From Bdellovibrionales bacterium (GTDB lineage Bacteria > Bdellovibrionota > UBA1018 > CAIMNF01): a stretch of 50,340 bases of DNA. The notes beneath the pieces were generated by a model that saw only the letters and a list, made by a program, of their open reading frames with translations, did not search any database and had not been told where the DNA came from. Each line of letters starts with the position of its first letter. The first letter of the stretch is position 1. The position numbers and the translations under genes are program-made. The DNA lies in NCBI GenBank assembly GCA_040380025.1, contig JBEIJY010000016.1, positions 1-50,340 of the forward strand, given 5' to 3'. Positions 1-9,091 of this stretch are shown in pieces.

Positions 1-813
1 GTTCAGGATTTGCTCGAACAAGGGATTCGCGAGGTCGTGCTCACGGGAACCAACATCGGCGATTATGGCGTCGATTGGAGTGGCGGACTCCGGATTGACG
101 ACTTGATCGAGGCGATTCTGACCCGCACGAAGCTCGAGCGCCTGCGGGTGGGGTCTCTCGATCCCACCGAGATTTCGGACCGCATGCTTGCTCTGATGGA
201 GCAGTTTCCGGCATTTTGTCCGCATTTTCATGTTTCTCTCCAGCACACCGAGAGCCGGATCCTGAAGCTCATGAAGCGCAAGTACTCCCGTGAAGCGATC
301 GAGTCGCTTTTTCGTCGCGTCGCCGGAATGAAACGACGGCCTTTCATCGGCATGGATGTGATTGTGGGGTTTCCGGGCGAGACCATGCAGGACTTCGAGG
401 CCATGGAGGCTTTTTTGAAGCAAGCGGATTGGAACAGGATCCATGTGTTTCCGTACAGCGAAAGGAACGGCACCCCAGCGACCCGGCTTCCGAATGCCGT
501 GCCTCCTGCCGTACGGAAGGAGCGCGCAAGGGCCCTGCAGGCGCTGAGCCTCGAGCGAATGACCCGGAATCATGCGGGAAGAAGGGACCTTTTGCTCGGA
601 GAGGTTCTTCTGGAGGGAGCCGTGCGGGGGCCGGACGGATCAAAGCGCTGGATCTCGGGATACAGTCCGGATTATCAGCGGGTTTTGCTTCCGGTCGAAG
701 ATCAGGGTGGCCAAACTCGACGAAATCAGGTAGTGAACGTGAAGCTGAATCGTTGGATGGTGGATCGGGCATCAGGAGAAGTCTCGTGGCTTGCGGAGTG
801 GACCCATGAATAA
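1..813 (+). CDS. mtaB: tRNA methylthiotransferase MtaB-like radical SAM enzyme (5'-truncated by window edge)
   Basis: Frame is open from base 1. Motifs EVVLTGTNIGDYG, RLRVGSLDP, HFHVSLQ, DVIVGFPGET and HVFPYSER.GTPA are typical of the MtaB branch of the MiaB/RimO/MtaB family. Confidence 0.8.
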   Translation, partial: VQDLLEQGIREVVLTGTNIGDYGVDWSGGLRIDDLIEAILTRTKLERLRVGSLDPTEISDRMLALMEQFPAFCPHFHVSLQHTESRILKLMKRKYSREAIESLFRRVAGMKRRPFIGMDVIVGFPGETMQDFEAMEAFLKQADWNRIHVFPYSERNGTPATRLPNAVPPAVRKERARALQALSLERMTRNHAGRRDLLLGEVLLEGAVRGPDGSKRWISGYSPDYQRVLLPVEDQGGQTRRNQVVNVKLNRWMVDRASGEVSWLAEWTHE

Positions 814-1507
814 GCCGACCATACAAGGATTGCAGGATCAGATCCGATATCCCTTTGGCGATCCTCGCCTGCTCATCCTTGCTCTCACCCATGTTTCGTA
901 CGGTCACGAAAACCATCAGGACCGCGTGCTCCCCCAACGCGACAATGAACGCCTTGAGTTTTTGGGCGATGCCGTGCTCGATCTCGTCGTCTCGGATCTT
1001 CTGCTGGAGTCCTACCCGGACGCGAGCGAGGGGCAACTCTCCAAAATGCGGGCTGCCGTGGTGAACGAGCGGACCCTCTCGGAGATCGCGAAATCGCTTC
1101 ATATGAACGAGCTCATCCGCCTGGGGCGGGGCGAGATCCGCTCGGGCGGAAACGAGAAGCCATCGATCCTTTCGAGCGCGTTCGAGGCGCTGATCGCGGC
1201 GATCTATCTCGACGGCGGATTCCATGCGGTGTATCCGGTCGTTCGGTACCTGTTCGCGCCGATCTTCAAGGATAGTTCCTCGGGGATCGTCTTCCAGGAT
1301 TACAAGACCCGCTTGCAAGAGCTGGTTCAAAGCCGGTTCAAGTTGACGCCCACGTATCACCTGGTGGGCTCAAGCGGACCGGATCACGCCAAGGTGTTCA
1401 CCGTCGAAGTCCGGGTGAAAGACGAGATTCTCGCAAAAAACGATGGCTCTTCGAAAAAAGAAGCCGAACAGAACGCAGCCAGGGCGGCGCTCGGGAGTAT
1501 GGAATGA
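806..1507 (+). CDS. rnc: Ribonuclease III
   Basis: Signature NERLEFLGDAVL, FEALIAAIYLD and C-terminal dsRBD (DYKTRLQE...SKKEAEQNAA). ATG at 806 overlaps the mtaB end. Confidence 0.97.
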   Translation: MNKPTIQGLQDQIRYPFGDPRLLILALTHVSYGHENHQDRVLPQRDNERLEFLGDAVLDLVVSDLLLESYPDASEGQLSKMRAAVVNERTLSEIAKSLHMNELIRLGRGEIRSGGNEKPSILSSAFEALIAAIYLDGGFHAVYPVVRYLFAPIFKDSSSGIVFQDYKTRLQELVQSRFKLTPTYHLVGSSGPDHAKVFTVEVRVKDEILAKNDGSSKKEAEQNAARAALGSME

Positions 1508-2418
1508 AATCCGGAGTGGTGGCCCTGATCGGCCGGCCGAATGTCGGCAAAAGTACCTTTTTGAATTGTGTGTTGCGCGAGGATCTCTCGATCGTGACGC
1601 CGAAAGCCCAGACCACGCGCGACCAGATTCGCGGGATCGTGACCGAGGAACGCGGACAGATCGTGTTCGTCGACACTCCCGGGATCCATCGGGCCCGCGA
1701 AGGCGGGATCAATGAATACATGATCCGCGAGGTGGAGCGGGCGCTCGAGGGGCCGGACGTGGTGCTGTATCTGATCGATCCCGCGAGCAAGCCCGAGGCC
1801 GAACGAAGGGTCCTCGACCACCTCAAGTCAGCGGATTCGAATCTTTTGGTGGTGGTGAACAAGAACGATCTTTTCGAGAAGATTCCCGGCAATGGCACCT
1901 GGATCGGTCCTTGGGTCGAAGAGCTGAAGACCGCGCTGGCCGGAACCCGTTGCCGCTTTGTGGAAACCCACGGAATTTCCGCCACGAAAAACCGGGGAGT
2001 GAAAGAGCTCATGAATCGCATCTTCGAGCTTCTTCCCGAAGGGCCTTTGCTTTACGGCGATACGGATTCGCTGACCGACCGCAGCTCGCGGTTCATCGTG
2101 GCCGAGCTCATCCGGAAGCAATTGTTCATGAATCTCGGCGACGAGCTTCCGTACAGCTGTGCGGTCGAGATCGAATCCTACCAGGAGTCCTCGCGTCCGG
2201 TGCGGATCGCGGCGCTCATTTATGTGGAGCGTGAGAGCCAAAAAGGCATGGTGATCGGCGCAGGCGGCAAGAAAATCAAAGAGATCGGCACGAAGGCCCG
2301 CGCCGAGATCGAGGCGCTCTTGCAAGAAAAGGTGCATCTGGAGCTCCGGGTGAAGGTGCTCGAAGGTTGGACGAGTGAAGCGCGGAAAATGAAGAGCCTG
2401 GGGTATGTGTCCGAATGA
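1504..2418 (+). CDS. era: GTPase Era
   Basis: GRPNVGKS, QTTR, DTPG, NKxD and KH domain (VIGAGGKKIKEIG). ATGA overlap with rnc. Confidence 0.97.
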   Translation: MKSGVVALIGRPNVGKSTFLNCVLREDLSIVTPKAQTTRDQIRGIVTEERGQIVFVDTPGIHRAREGGINEYMIREVERALEGPDVVLYLIDPASKPEAERRVLDHLKSADSNLLVVVNKNDLFEKIPGNGTWIGPWVEELKTALAGTRCRFVETHGISATKNRGVKELMNRIFELLPEGPLLYGDTDSLTDRSSRFIVAELIRKQLFMNLGDELPYSCAVEIESYQESSRPVRIAALIYVERESQKGMVIGAGGKKIKEIGTKARAEIEALLQEKVHLELRVKVLEGWTSEARKMKSLGYVSE

Positions 2419-3791
2419 ATGTCGTGATTGTCGGCCGGCCGAATGTCGGAAAAAGCAGTTTGTTCAATCGTCTTTTGGGTCGAAAGCGCGCGCTCGTTCT
2501 GGACACGCCGGGCGTGACCCGCGACCGGATCGTGGAGCCCGCCTCCTTTTGGGTGCGCGCGAAGGAATACCGCGTGAACCTCATCGATACGGGCGGGCTC
2601 GGAGAAGGGCGCTTCCGCGATGAGATCCGGGGCCAGGTCGAGACCGCACTGAAAGAAGCGGCGATTTTGTTGTTCGTGACCGACATCAAGGCGGGACTCA
2701 CCCATGCCGATCGTGAGGTGTTCGAGGAGCTTCGCCGCTCGGGGCTGAATGAAAAGATTCCGATGATTTTGGTTTTGAATAAAGCCGATTCCGATGCCGC
2801 CGAAGAGGGGATGAATGAGTTTTACGGCCTCGGCATCGAGACCCTGATTCCAGTCTCTGCCGAGCATGCGCTTCAGATCGACGAGCTGAAAGAGATGATC
2901 GTCGATCGGATTTTTCAGGAGGAGTCCCCGGCAGCTGTGGAAGAAGCGGCGGAAGGCGAATCCGAGCCCGCAGTGCAAGCCGAGCCCGAAAAGCCGCGCA
3001 TTCCCCGAATCGCCATCGTGGGCCAGCCCAACGTCGGAAAAAGCACGCTTCTGAACGCGATCTGCGGCGAGGAGCGCACGATCGTGAGCCCGGTCGCCGG
3101 CACGACGGTGGATCCGATTGATCTTTCCATTCGCTGGAACGACCAGGATTTCGTTCTGGTGGATACCGCGGGGATCCGTCGAAAAGACCGGACCGAACAG
3201 GGAATCGAAGTCCTTTCGGTCGTGCAGACCCGGAAGACCCTCGAGCGTGCAGACCTTGCCTTCTTGGTGATGGATGGCGAGAAGGGCGTCTACGAGCAGG
3301 ACGAGAAGATCGCGGGCCTGATCGAAGAAATGGGCTGCAGTGTGGTCCTCGTGATGAACAAGTGGGACACCCAGATCGGAAACCGCGAGTTCTCGCAAAA
3401 AAAGGCCGAAGAAGAGATCCGGAAGAAAATCCGGTTCCTCGGCTATGCTCCGCTCGTATTCACAACTGCAATCGAGTCGATCGGGCTCGAGAGGCTGTTC
3501 CGGGTGGCCGAAAGCGTCCTCGAACAGCGGGGAGCCAAAGTGCAGACGCGCGAGCTCACCGAGTACATCCGCCAAGCGGCCGAGGTTCACAATCCTGACA
3601 ATGCTAAGTTTTATTACGTCCACCAGTCAGGAAGGAATCCTCCCACCTTCGTGGCCCATGTGAGTGACCCGAAGAAAGTCCACTTCAGTCTGAGCCGGCA
3701 CCTCGTGCGTGCGCTGCGCGAACGCTACGGGTTTTCAGGATCGCCCATTCGCTTTCATTTTCTGAAAACGAAGAACTCGGGCGAGAAGTGA
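2415..3791 (+). CDS. der: Ribosome biogenesis GTPase Der (EngA)
   Basis: Two tandem G domains (GRPNVGKS/DTGG/NKAD and GQPNVGKS/DTAG/NKWD) and C-terminal KH-like PPTFV. Confidence 0.97.
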   Translation: MNVVIVGRPNVGKSSLFNRLLGRKRALVLDTPGVTRDRIVEPASFWVRAKEYRVNLIDTGGLGEGRFRDEIRGQVETALKEAAILLFVTDIKAGLTHADREVFEELRRSGLNEKIPMILVLNKADSDAAEEGMNEFYGLGIETLIPVSAEHALQIDELKEMIVDRIFQEESPAAVEEAAEGESEPAVQAEPEKPRIPRIAIVGQPNVGKSTLLNAICGEERTIVSPVAGTTVDPIDLSIRWNDQDFVLVDTAGIRRKDRTEQGIEVLSVVQTRKTLERADLAFLVMDGEKGVYEQDEKIAGLIEEMGCSVVLVMNKWDTQIGNREFSQKKAEEEIRKKIRFLGYAPLVFTTAIESIGLERLFRVAESVLEQRGAKVQTRELTEYIRQAAEVHNPDNAKFYYVHQSGRNPPTFVAHVSDPKKVHFSLSRHLVRALRERYGFSGSPIRFHFLKTKNSGEK

Positions 3792-3795
3792 GCCC

Positions 3796-5354
3796 TTAGC
3801 GCGAAGGGGCAAGCCGGGTCGCCCGCTCCCACATTCGAAGGTAACTCTCGGCCGAAGTCTCAAGATCTTTGGTGTCGGATCCCGCATTTTTCAGGTCCGC
3901 GAGAAGATCCGGAAGCTCTCCGATCGAGCCGAGGCCTGCGTGGTCGAGGCGCGTGCCGAGCGGGTTTTTTGTGATTTTTGCTGAAGCGTCCGTTCGCGGG
4001 CATCGGTCTCGGCCCCGCAGGTCTCATCGGCGTTTCCGAAGCGGGGTCTGGTTTGCTGGATGAACCCGTTCATGTCGGTCGAAAACCCGACAGCGAGCCC
4101 GCGGTTTCGTCCATAGGCATAGGTCTGCGCATAGGACTTCGAGCTTCCCTGGCAGTCATTCGGCGTGCCCGCGTTCTCGATTGCATGGGTTTTCTCGGGC
4201 CCGGTGCGAAGGCCGAATACTCCGCCTGAGAGGCGGATCTCGTCGAGCACCCAATCCGGCGAGGATTTTTCATACACACTGAATTTTCCGTCGTTCATGG
4301 CCTTTCGAAAATGCCCGTGCGAGACATAAATCGGGTAGCGCGAAGGACGGGTGATCTCGAGCACATCGCGGACGGACTGCTCCGACAGGTGGGCGATGTC
4401 GATCGGCATTCCCCGCTTCATCAGGGCGCGCACCACCTCTTTGCCCTCTTCGGTAAGGCCCGCGCGATTGGTCTCGGTTCCGGTTGCGGGATCGCGATCG
4501 GTCTGAAAGCCGAACTTGGAAGGGGTCAGGAGCTCCCACCAGTGGCCGTGGGCGCGAAAATCCTGAAGCCAGAAGAGAAACCGGAAAACCGGATGATGAA
4601 TGGCGGCTCCCCCGAAGCGGTTGTCGTACTGGTGCACGAACTGGAGGGTGCGCACCCCGCGATCAAAAGCCCGTTCGAATTCGGGCTTCCAAGGCCCGTC
4701 ACCGAAAATGTGCGAGGCTTCGATCGAGAGCACGACGGCGAGATTCCCCTTTGTGATTTCGGCGCGCGCCTCGGCAGGGGTGGTTACGATGCGAAACCAC
4801 GAATGCCTTGCCTGGAACGCCTCGGCGGCGTCGAGCTGGCGCTCGATTGCGGCGCTGTCGGAGCAGTCCTTGAATTTTTTGTTTTTTTCGACCATGAGCT
4901 CGCAAAGGGGCTCGAAGTTCACGAGCGAGACCACGAGCAAATCGAGGCCCTGGTTCTTCGCCTTTTCGAGGTGGCCGCTCCAGACTTGCTGGTGCGCGAT
5001 CGTGTCCCAGCGGGGCCAGTCCCGAAACGAGGGATGCCCTTCGGCGCGATTCCAGTGGGGGCCGGTGTCGCCGGCCGAGCCCGGAATTCGGCCGATGAGC
5101 GCACTTAAAAAAGGAATTTTCACTTCGCCGTGGGTGCCGCCGGTCCCGAAGGGATCAAAATGGGCCTCGCAGGGGCTCAGTGCCTCGGCGAGCACGCCCT
5201 CGACCGAGCCATGGAGCCAGGCTCCGCCGAAGGCATGTTCGGCGAACATGTGGTTGTGAAGGTCGGCATAGCCCGGAGCTTCCGCAGAATTCGCCCCGGC
5301 GGGCGGAGGACAGCAAAAAAGAAGCGCGAGGAAAGCGAAACGGAGCCTGTGCAT
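3796..5354 (-). pseudogene. Secreted M19/amidohydrolase-family protein (SCDase-like subgroup), frameshifted at a homopolymer (or sequencing error)
   Basis: Signal peptide MHRLRFAFLALLF; GYADLHNH, WPRW...HQQ, LSIEAS, IDIAHLS, YVSH, GFSTDMNG. The family-like C-terminus (GLGSIGELPDLLADL...SAESYLRMWERA) lies in another frame after the T6 run at 3965-3970 and ends at TAA 3796. Confidence 0.75.
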
Positions 5355-5360
5355 GGCAAA

Positions 5361-5412
5361 AGGGTAGCGCATACTTTCCGGATTGCAAAAAAAAGGAACC
5401 CCGTGGCACAGT
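5361..5412. promoter_or_regulatory. Putative divergent sigma70 promoters sharing a palindromic -35 TTGCAA
   Basis: TTGCAA at 5383-5388. Plus strand: N18 then TGgCACAGT toward the tRNA. Minus strand: N16 then TACCCT, 6 nt before ATG 5354. Confidence 0.4.
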
Positions 5413-5442
5413 GAAGGTTCGAGTCTTCTTCGATTCCTTCCC

Positions 5443-5531
5443 GCCGGGGTGGCGAAATTGGTAGACGCACAGGACTTAAAATCCTGGGTCCCGCAAGGGA
5501 CGTACCGGTTCGATTCCGGTCCTCGGCACCA
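5443..5531 (+). tRNA. tRNA-Leu (anticodon UAA)
   Basis: Acceptor stem GCCGGGG/CCTCGGC, D-loop TTGGTAGAC, anticodon arm CAGGA-CTTAAAA-TCCTG, long variable arm GTCCC-GCAA-GGGAC, T-arm ACCGG-TTCGATT-CCGGT and encoded CCA. Confidence 0.97.
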
Positions 5532-5889
5532 GGTTTTTAATGGCTTCCCCCAATTCATTCAGATCGCAGGGTTTCTCGAACCGAGCCGAGATTTTCGATT
5601 CGAGATCGGGTTCGAATCGCGTTCGAATGCTGTAGGTGACGACGGGCAGATCGGTATTCTGAATCAGATCGCGACAGTGCCAAGGTCCCGAGAGGGGATC
5701 GATCAGGATCAGATCGGGCGGCGTCCGGGCGAGCAGGATGCGGGAAGCGCTCCCCGGGTCTTCTGCTTCGAGGACGCGGAATCCGGATTGTTCGAGAAAA
5801 ACCCGGACCACCGCCCGAAGATCGGCACAGCGATCGACGATCAGGATTTGCGGCGGGTTTGCGTTGGGGTCGGGTGCATCTCGGGGCAT
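5476..5889 (-). CDS. Single-domain response regulator (CheY-like receiver)
   Basis: ILIVD...LEQSGFRVLEA...PDLILID...LPVVTYS...FEKP pattern. The last ~18 codons overlap the tRNA antisense. Confidence 0.7.
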   Translation of the reverse strand: MPRDAPDPNANPPQILIVDRCADLRAVVRVFLEQSGFRVLEAEDPGSASRILLARTPPDLILIDPLSGPWHCRDLIQNTDLPVVTYSIRTRFEPDLESKISARFEKPCDLNELGEAIKNLVPRTGIEPVRPLRDPGF

Positions 5890-6114
5890 CTTCGCAGGGT
5901 ATCACCCGCATTCCAAATGACCGGCGGTTTACCGGACAATCTGACATTCCCACTGCCACCCCCCTCTCCCCATCCCGCTGATTCAAAAAGCGCAATCAAA
6001 GAGGGCGGTTTGGAATTCGCATGGAATTTGCAGACTCTCTCCGGGACCACGGCGAGAAAATCCGGTATTCCGCCGTTCCCGGTCCCGAAAACTTCCTATG
6101 GTCAGGAAATCACC

Positions 6115-6408
6115 ATGTCGCTCCCCACGAACGGAAAGAAAAACGGCGCCCCGAATTCTCGAGCAGGTCAAGTTGCCCGCTCGGATGGCGCCCTTTTGCG
6201 GCAGATCGGGCGATTGCTCCATCAGACCCTCTACGAACAAAAGCGCCCGGTCGAATGGCTCTCGTTCAAATCGGGTGTGGCTCGATCGACCATCCGCGAG
6301 ATCATCGCGGGACGCAGCAATCCGCGCATTGCGACCCTGAACGCCCTAGCGCGGAGCCTCGGGTTTTCGGATCTGATCGAGTTCTTGAATCAGCTCCGGA
6401 AGACCTGA
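6115..6408 (+). CDS. XRE-family HTH transcriptional regulator
   Basis: LSFKSGVARSTIREIIAGRSNPRIATLNALARSLG matches HTH_3; AGGAA upstream of ATG 6115. Confidence 0.85.
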   Translation: MSLPTNGKKNGAPNSRAGQVARSDGALLRQIGRLLHQTLYEQKRPVEWLSFKSGVARSTIREIIAGRSNPRIATLNALARSLGFSDLIEFLNQLRKT

Positions 6409-6708
6409 ACGGGGCGGGATTTCTCCCCTGTCGCCTGTCTGGTCCCATTTCTTCTGTAAGGCTTGGTCTGGTCGCTCCTTTAAATGAGGGGCGTCCTTGG
6501 CGTGCGTTTTGCTTCCATTCTGCTTGTCATGTTCGTGGAACGTGATGGAGAAAGTGCGGCGGAGCACAGGTGAATGCGGGGATCCCGACTCAACAGGCAA
6601 GTCCAAGGTCGATCCGGGGTCGTTTGCGGGGTCGTATGACTCCGTCACCGGCTCCACGGCCTTTCTCCTTTTTTGAATTTTCCTGATCGACCCGGCAAAG
6701 GAGTTTGT

Positions 6709-7251
6709 ATGGCAATGTTACCTTCGATTTTCGACAGAAGTCTCTCTTCCAGCCCTCTCCGGAGTTTGGCGCAGATGCAGAGGCAGATGGATCGCATGTT
6801 CGATCGCATGTGGGCCGGAGCCGAACCTTCGCTCGAGATCTCTTCTGCGGCTCTTCCTTCGTTCGCATTCTCTCCCGCCTGTAATATCGACGAAACCGGA
6901 ACTCATTACCTGTTTTCGATCGATGTTCCCGGCGTGAAAAAAGAAGACATCAAGATCGAGATGCGCGGACAGGTGCTCACGATCTCGGGCGAGCGCAAAG
7001 AAGAGTACGAGCGAAAAAGCGCGACTCAATATCAATCCGAGGCTTCGTACGGCGCATTCCAGCGTTCGTTCGATCTGGCCTCGGATGTGAAGGCCGATCA
7101 GATCGAGGCCGAGTACGACAACGGCGTGCTTCGTCTTGCAGTTCCGAAAAAAGAGGCATCAAAAGCCCAGGCCATCAAGATTTCAGAGGGCAAGGGAGCG
7201 GTGTTTGCAAAACTTCTCGGTCACAAGAAGGAAGAATCGAAGACCCACTGA
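6709..7251 (+). CDS. Small heat-shock protein (Hsp20/alpha-crystallin)
   Basis: DVPGVKKEDIKI, LTISGER, YGAFQRSF, AEYDNGVLRLAVPK; SD AAGGAG. Confidence 0.95.
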   Translation: MAMLPSIFDRSLSSSPLRSLAQMQRQMDRMFDRMWAGAEPSLEISSAALPSFAFSPACNIDETGTHYLFSIDVPGVKKEDIKIEMRGQVLTISGERKEEYERKSATQYQSEASYGAFQRSFDLASDVKADQIEAEYDNGVLRLAVPKKEASKAQAIKISEGKGAVFAKLLGHKKEESKTH

Positions 7252-7273
7252 AGACGGGAATTGGCTTCTTCTG

Positions 7274-7320
7274 ACCTGCATTCTCCGGAAGTCGCTTCCG
7301 GGGAGTGCAGGTTTTTTATT
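7274..7320 (+). terminator. Intrinsic terminator after Hsp20
   Basis: 18-bp stem ACCTGCATTCTCCGGAAG / CTTCCGGGGAGTGCAGGT, 3-nt loop, followed by a T-rich tail. Confidence 0.85.
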
Positions 7321-7840
7321 GGCATCCTCCCGGAATGCAGCAGGGTTCATTTCCGACCGGAGGCGAGGCCCCGCACGCGCCCGCGGCATTGCACACGGTT
7401 CCGTTCGTGTAATCCAGAGCATCCAGGCACAGGCAGGTCTCGCTCGAGCAGCCGATCAGGCTTCGGGTTTGATGAAAAGGGAAGCCGCCGGAAGGATAGG
7501 TACCCGAGTCACCCTTGCACCACGCCCCGCTTCCTGTTCCGTAAATCCAGACCGGGCGATTAATGGTGGTTTGAAGGGTGACACAGTCTTCTTCCGAGAC
7601 AGGCGAGAAGCAGTTTGCCAGACCGCCGTTCGGAAAAAGCTGGGGCGAGGACTCGCACACCGCAAGTGTGCCCGTTTGGCAGTCGTTCAGAGAATCATAT
7701 GCTCCGTAGTCGGTGCAGGAGTAGGGGCCTCCGATCTGACCCGGGCTGATCACAGATGCAGGCTTTCGGGTTTCCTCGATTGCGGCGCAGCCAAAGATCA
7801 GAATCGGAATCGCCAGCTGAAGCAGGCTTATGGACCTCAT
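7316..7840 (-). CDS. Cysteine-rich lipoprotein of unknown function
   Basis: Signal peptide with lipobox IFG-C, then RKPAS; 14 further Cys in 174 aa. Confidence 0.7.
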   Translation of the reverse strand: MRSISLLQLAIPILIFGCAAIEETRKPASVISPGQIGGPYSCTDYGAYDSLNDCQTGTLAVCESSPQLFPNGGLANCFSPVSEEDCVTLQTTINRPVWIYGTGSGAWCKGDSGTYPSGGFPFHQTRSLIGCSSETCLCLDALDYTNGTVCNAAGACGASPPVGNEPCCIPGGCQ

Positions 7841-7975
7841 GATACGCTTTCGGTTGAATTGACTCTTGCCTGAAGTGTCAAGATTCCAACCGCCCCCAGA
7901 TTTGATTTTAACGCGATGCGCGTGCGCCCGCAAGGATCGGTCGCCCTCAGTCCTCCGATTTGCTACGCTCTTGAT

Positions 7976-9091
7976 ATGTCAAAGCAAACTCCTCCTTTTG
8001 ATCCGAATGAGTTCGCAGAGTGGATGCTTCAGGGAATCCAGGATGTGGTCCGGTATCGGGTCAAAACCACGCTCGATCGGGAGCGATGGAAGGAGATCTG
8101 GAAGGCGGCCGTGCCTGGGCGGAATCAGCTCGTGCACCTGGCACTCCGGCAGGCTCTGACCGGTGCCGGGTTCGAATTCGAGGACTTCAAGCAGGGCGAG
8201 GCGACGTTTCATCTCATCCGAAAAAAATGGCGGACCCCGCCTCCGGGGCAGGCCGTCCGCCGCATGATCGTGATTCCGGGCTTCGGCGACACGCCCGTTT
8301 CGTGGTTTCCCCTGTTTGCGCTCGCGCGCCGCGAGCTCGCTCCGGTCGTGGACGAGCTCCTCGTGTTGGATTTTCCGGGATATTCCGGATTTCTCTCGCA
8401 TCACGAGATGGTGACCTCGATGAAGATCCTGCTCTCGGTGGTCCGGAGCGTGTGCGAGGCCAATCCTCCGTCGATTTTGATGGGGCATTCGCTCGGGGGT
8501 TGGCTTGCCTCGAAAGTCGCGCAGGAACTGCCCCGGACGCTCGAGCATTTGCTGGTGATCGCGCCCTCGGGGCTCATTCCTCCCGATGAACGGGCGACCT
8601 TCGGCGAGTTCATCATCAAGAATCAGGAACTCAGTGTTCCGGAACTGATCTCGCTCGTGGTGTTCGACCCCCTGCGGCTCGCGCCCCTTTTGTCACGCGA
8701 GTTCGGAAGTTTTTATTCCCGCGGCGAAATCCGCAAATTCGTCGAGTCGGTCGAGGCCTCTGATTTTATCGATCCCGCAAAACCCATTCGCGCAAACAAG
8801 ATCAGCGCGATCTGGGGCGATCATGACCGCTTTGTTCCCTCGCACTGGCTTCGGCACTGGGTGGAGCATTATGGCGAGTATCTCGATGCCTACGTGCTCA
8901 AGAACACCGGTCATATTCCCCAGCTTGAGAGTCCCTATGCGACAGCGCGGGCGATCGCGCATGCCCTCCTCGAAAAAGGCGGAATGGAGGGAAAAGGCTG
9001 GAAGAAGGTCCAGTCGCGCCGGAAGACCTATTCGCCGAAACCCGGAAGGGAAGGCGCGGAGATCCGGCGGATCGCGCTTCAGGGCTCTTGA
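7976..9091 (+). CDS. Alpha/beta-fold hydrolase
   Basis: PGFG oxyanion loop, DFPGY, nucleophile elbow GHSLG, WGDHD acid and GHIPQLE His. Confidence 0.9.
   Translation: MSKQTPPFDPNEFAEWMLQGIQDVVRYRVKTTLDRERWKEIWKAAVPGRNQLVHLALRQALTGAGFEFEDFKQGEATFHLIRKKWRTPPPGQAVRRMIVIPGFGDTPVSWFPLFALARRELAPVVDELLVLDFPGYSGFLSHHEMVTSMKILLSVVRSVCEANPPSILMGHSLGGWLASKVAQELPRTLEHLLVIAPSGLIPPDERATFGEFIIKNQELSVPELISLVVFDPLRLAPLLSREFGSFYSRGEIRKFVESVEASDFIDPAKPIRANKISAIWGDHDRFVPSHWLRHWVEHYGEYLDAYVLKNTGHIPQLESPYATARAIAHALLEKGGMEGKGWKKVQSRRKTYSPKPGREGAEIRRIALQGS

Noticed and set aside
5413..5437. tRNA T-loop-like fragments (GGTTCGAGTC, TTCGATTCC) upstream of the tRNA
   Set aside because: No cloverleaf forms, and they are too short to call an att site or second tRNA.
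5443..5531. bldA-like regulation by tRNA-Leu(UAA)
   Set aside because: TTA codons occur in housekeeping genes here (for example rpmB), so the tRNA is probably constitutively required.
5355..5558. N-terminal extension of ORF 3891..5558, and likewise of ORF 5383..6408
   Set aside because: Both run through the tRNA; better starts are 5354 (signal peptide) and 6115 (SD plus HTH).
6017..6032. Sigma54-like site TCGCATGGAATTTGCA
   Set aside because: The invariant -24 GG is CG.
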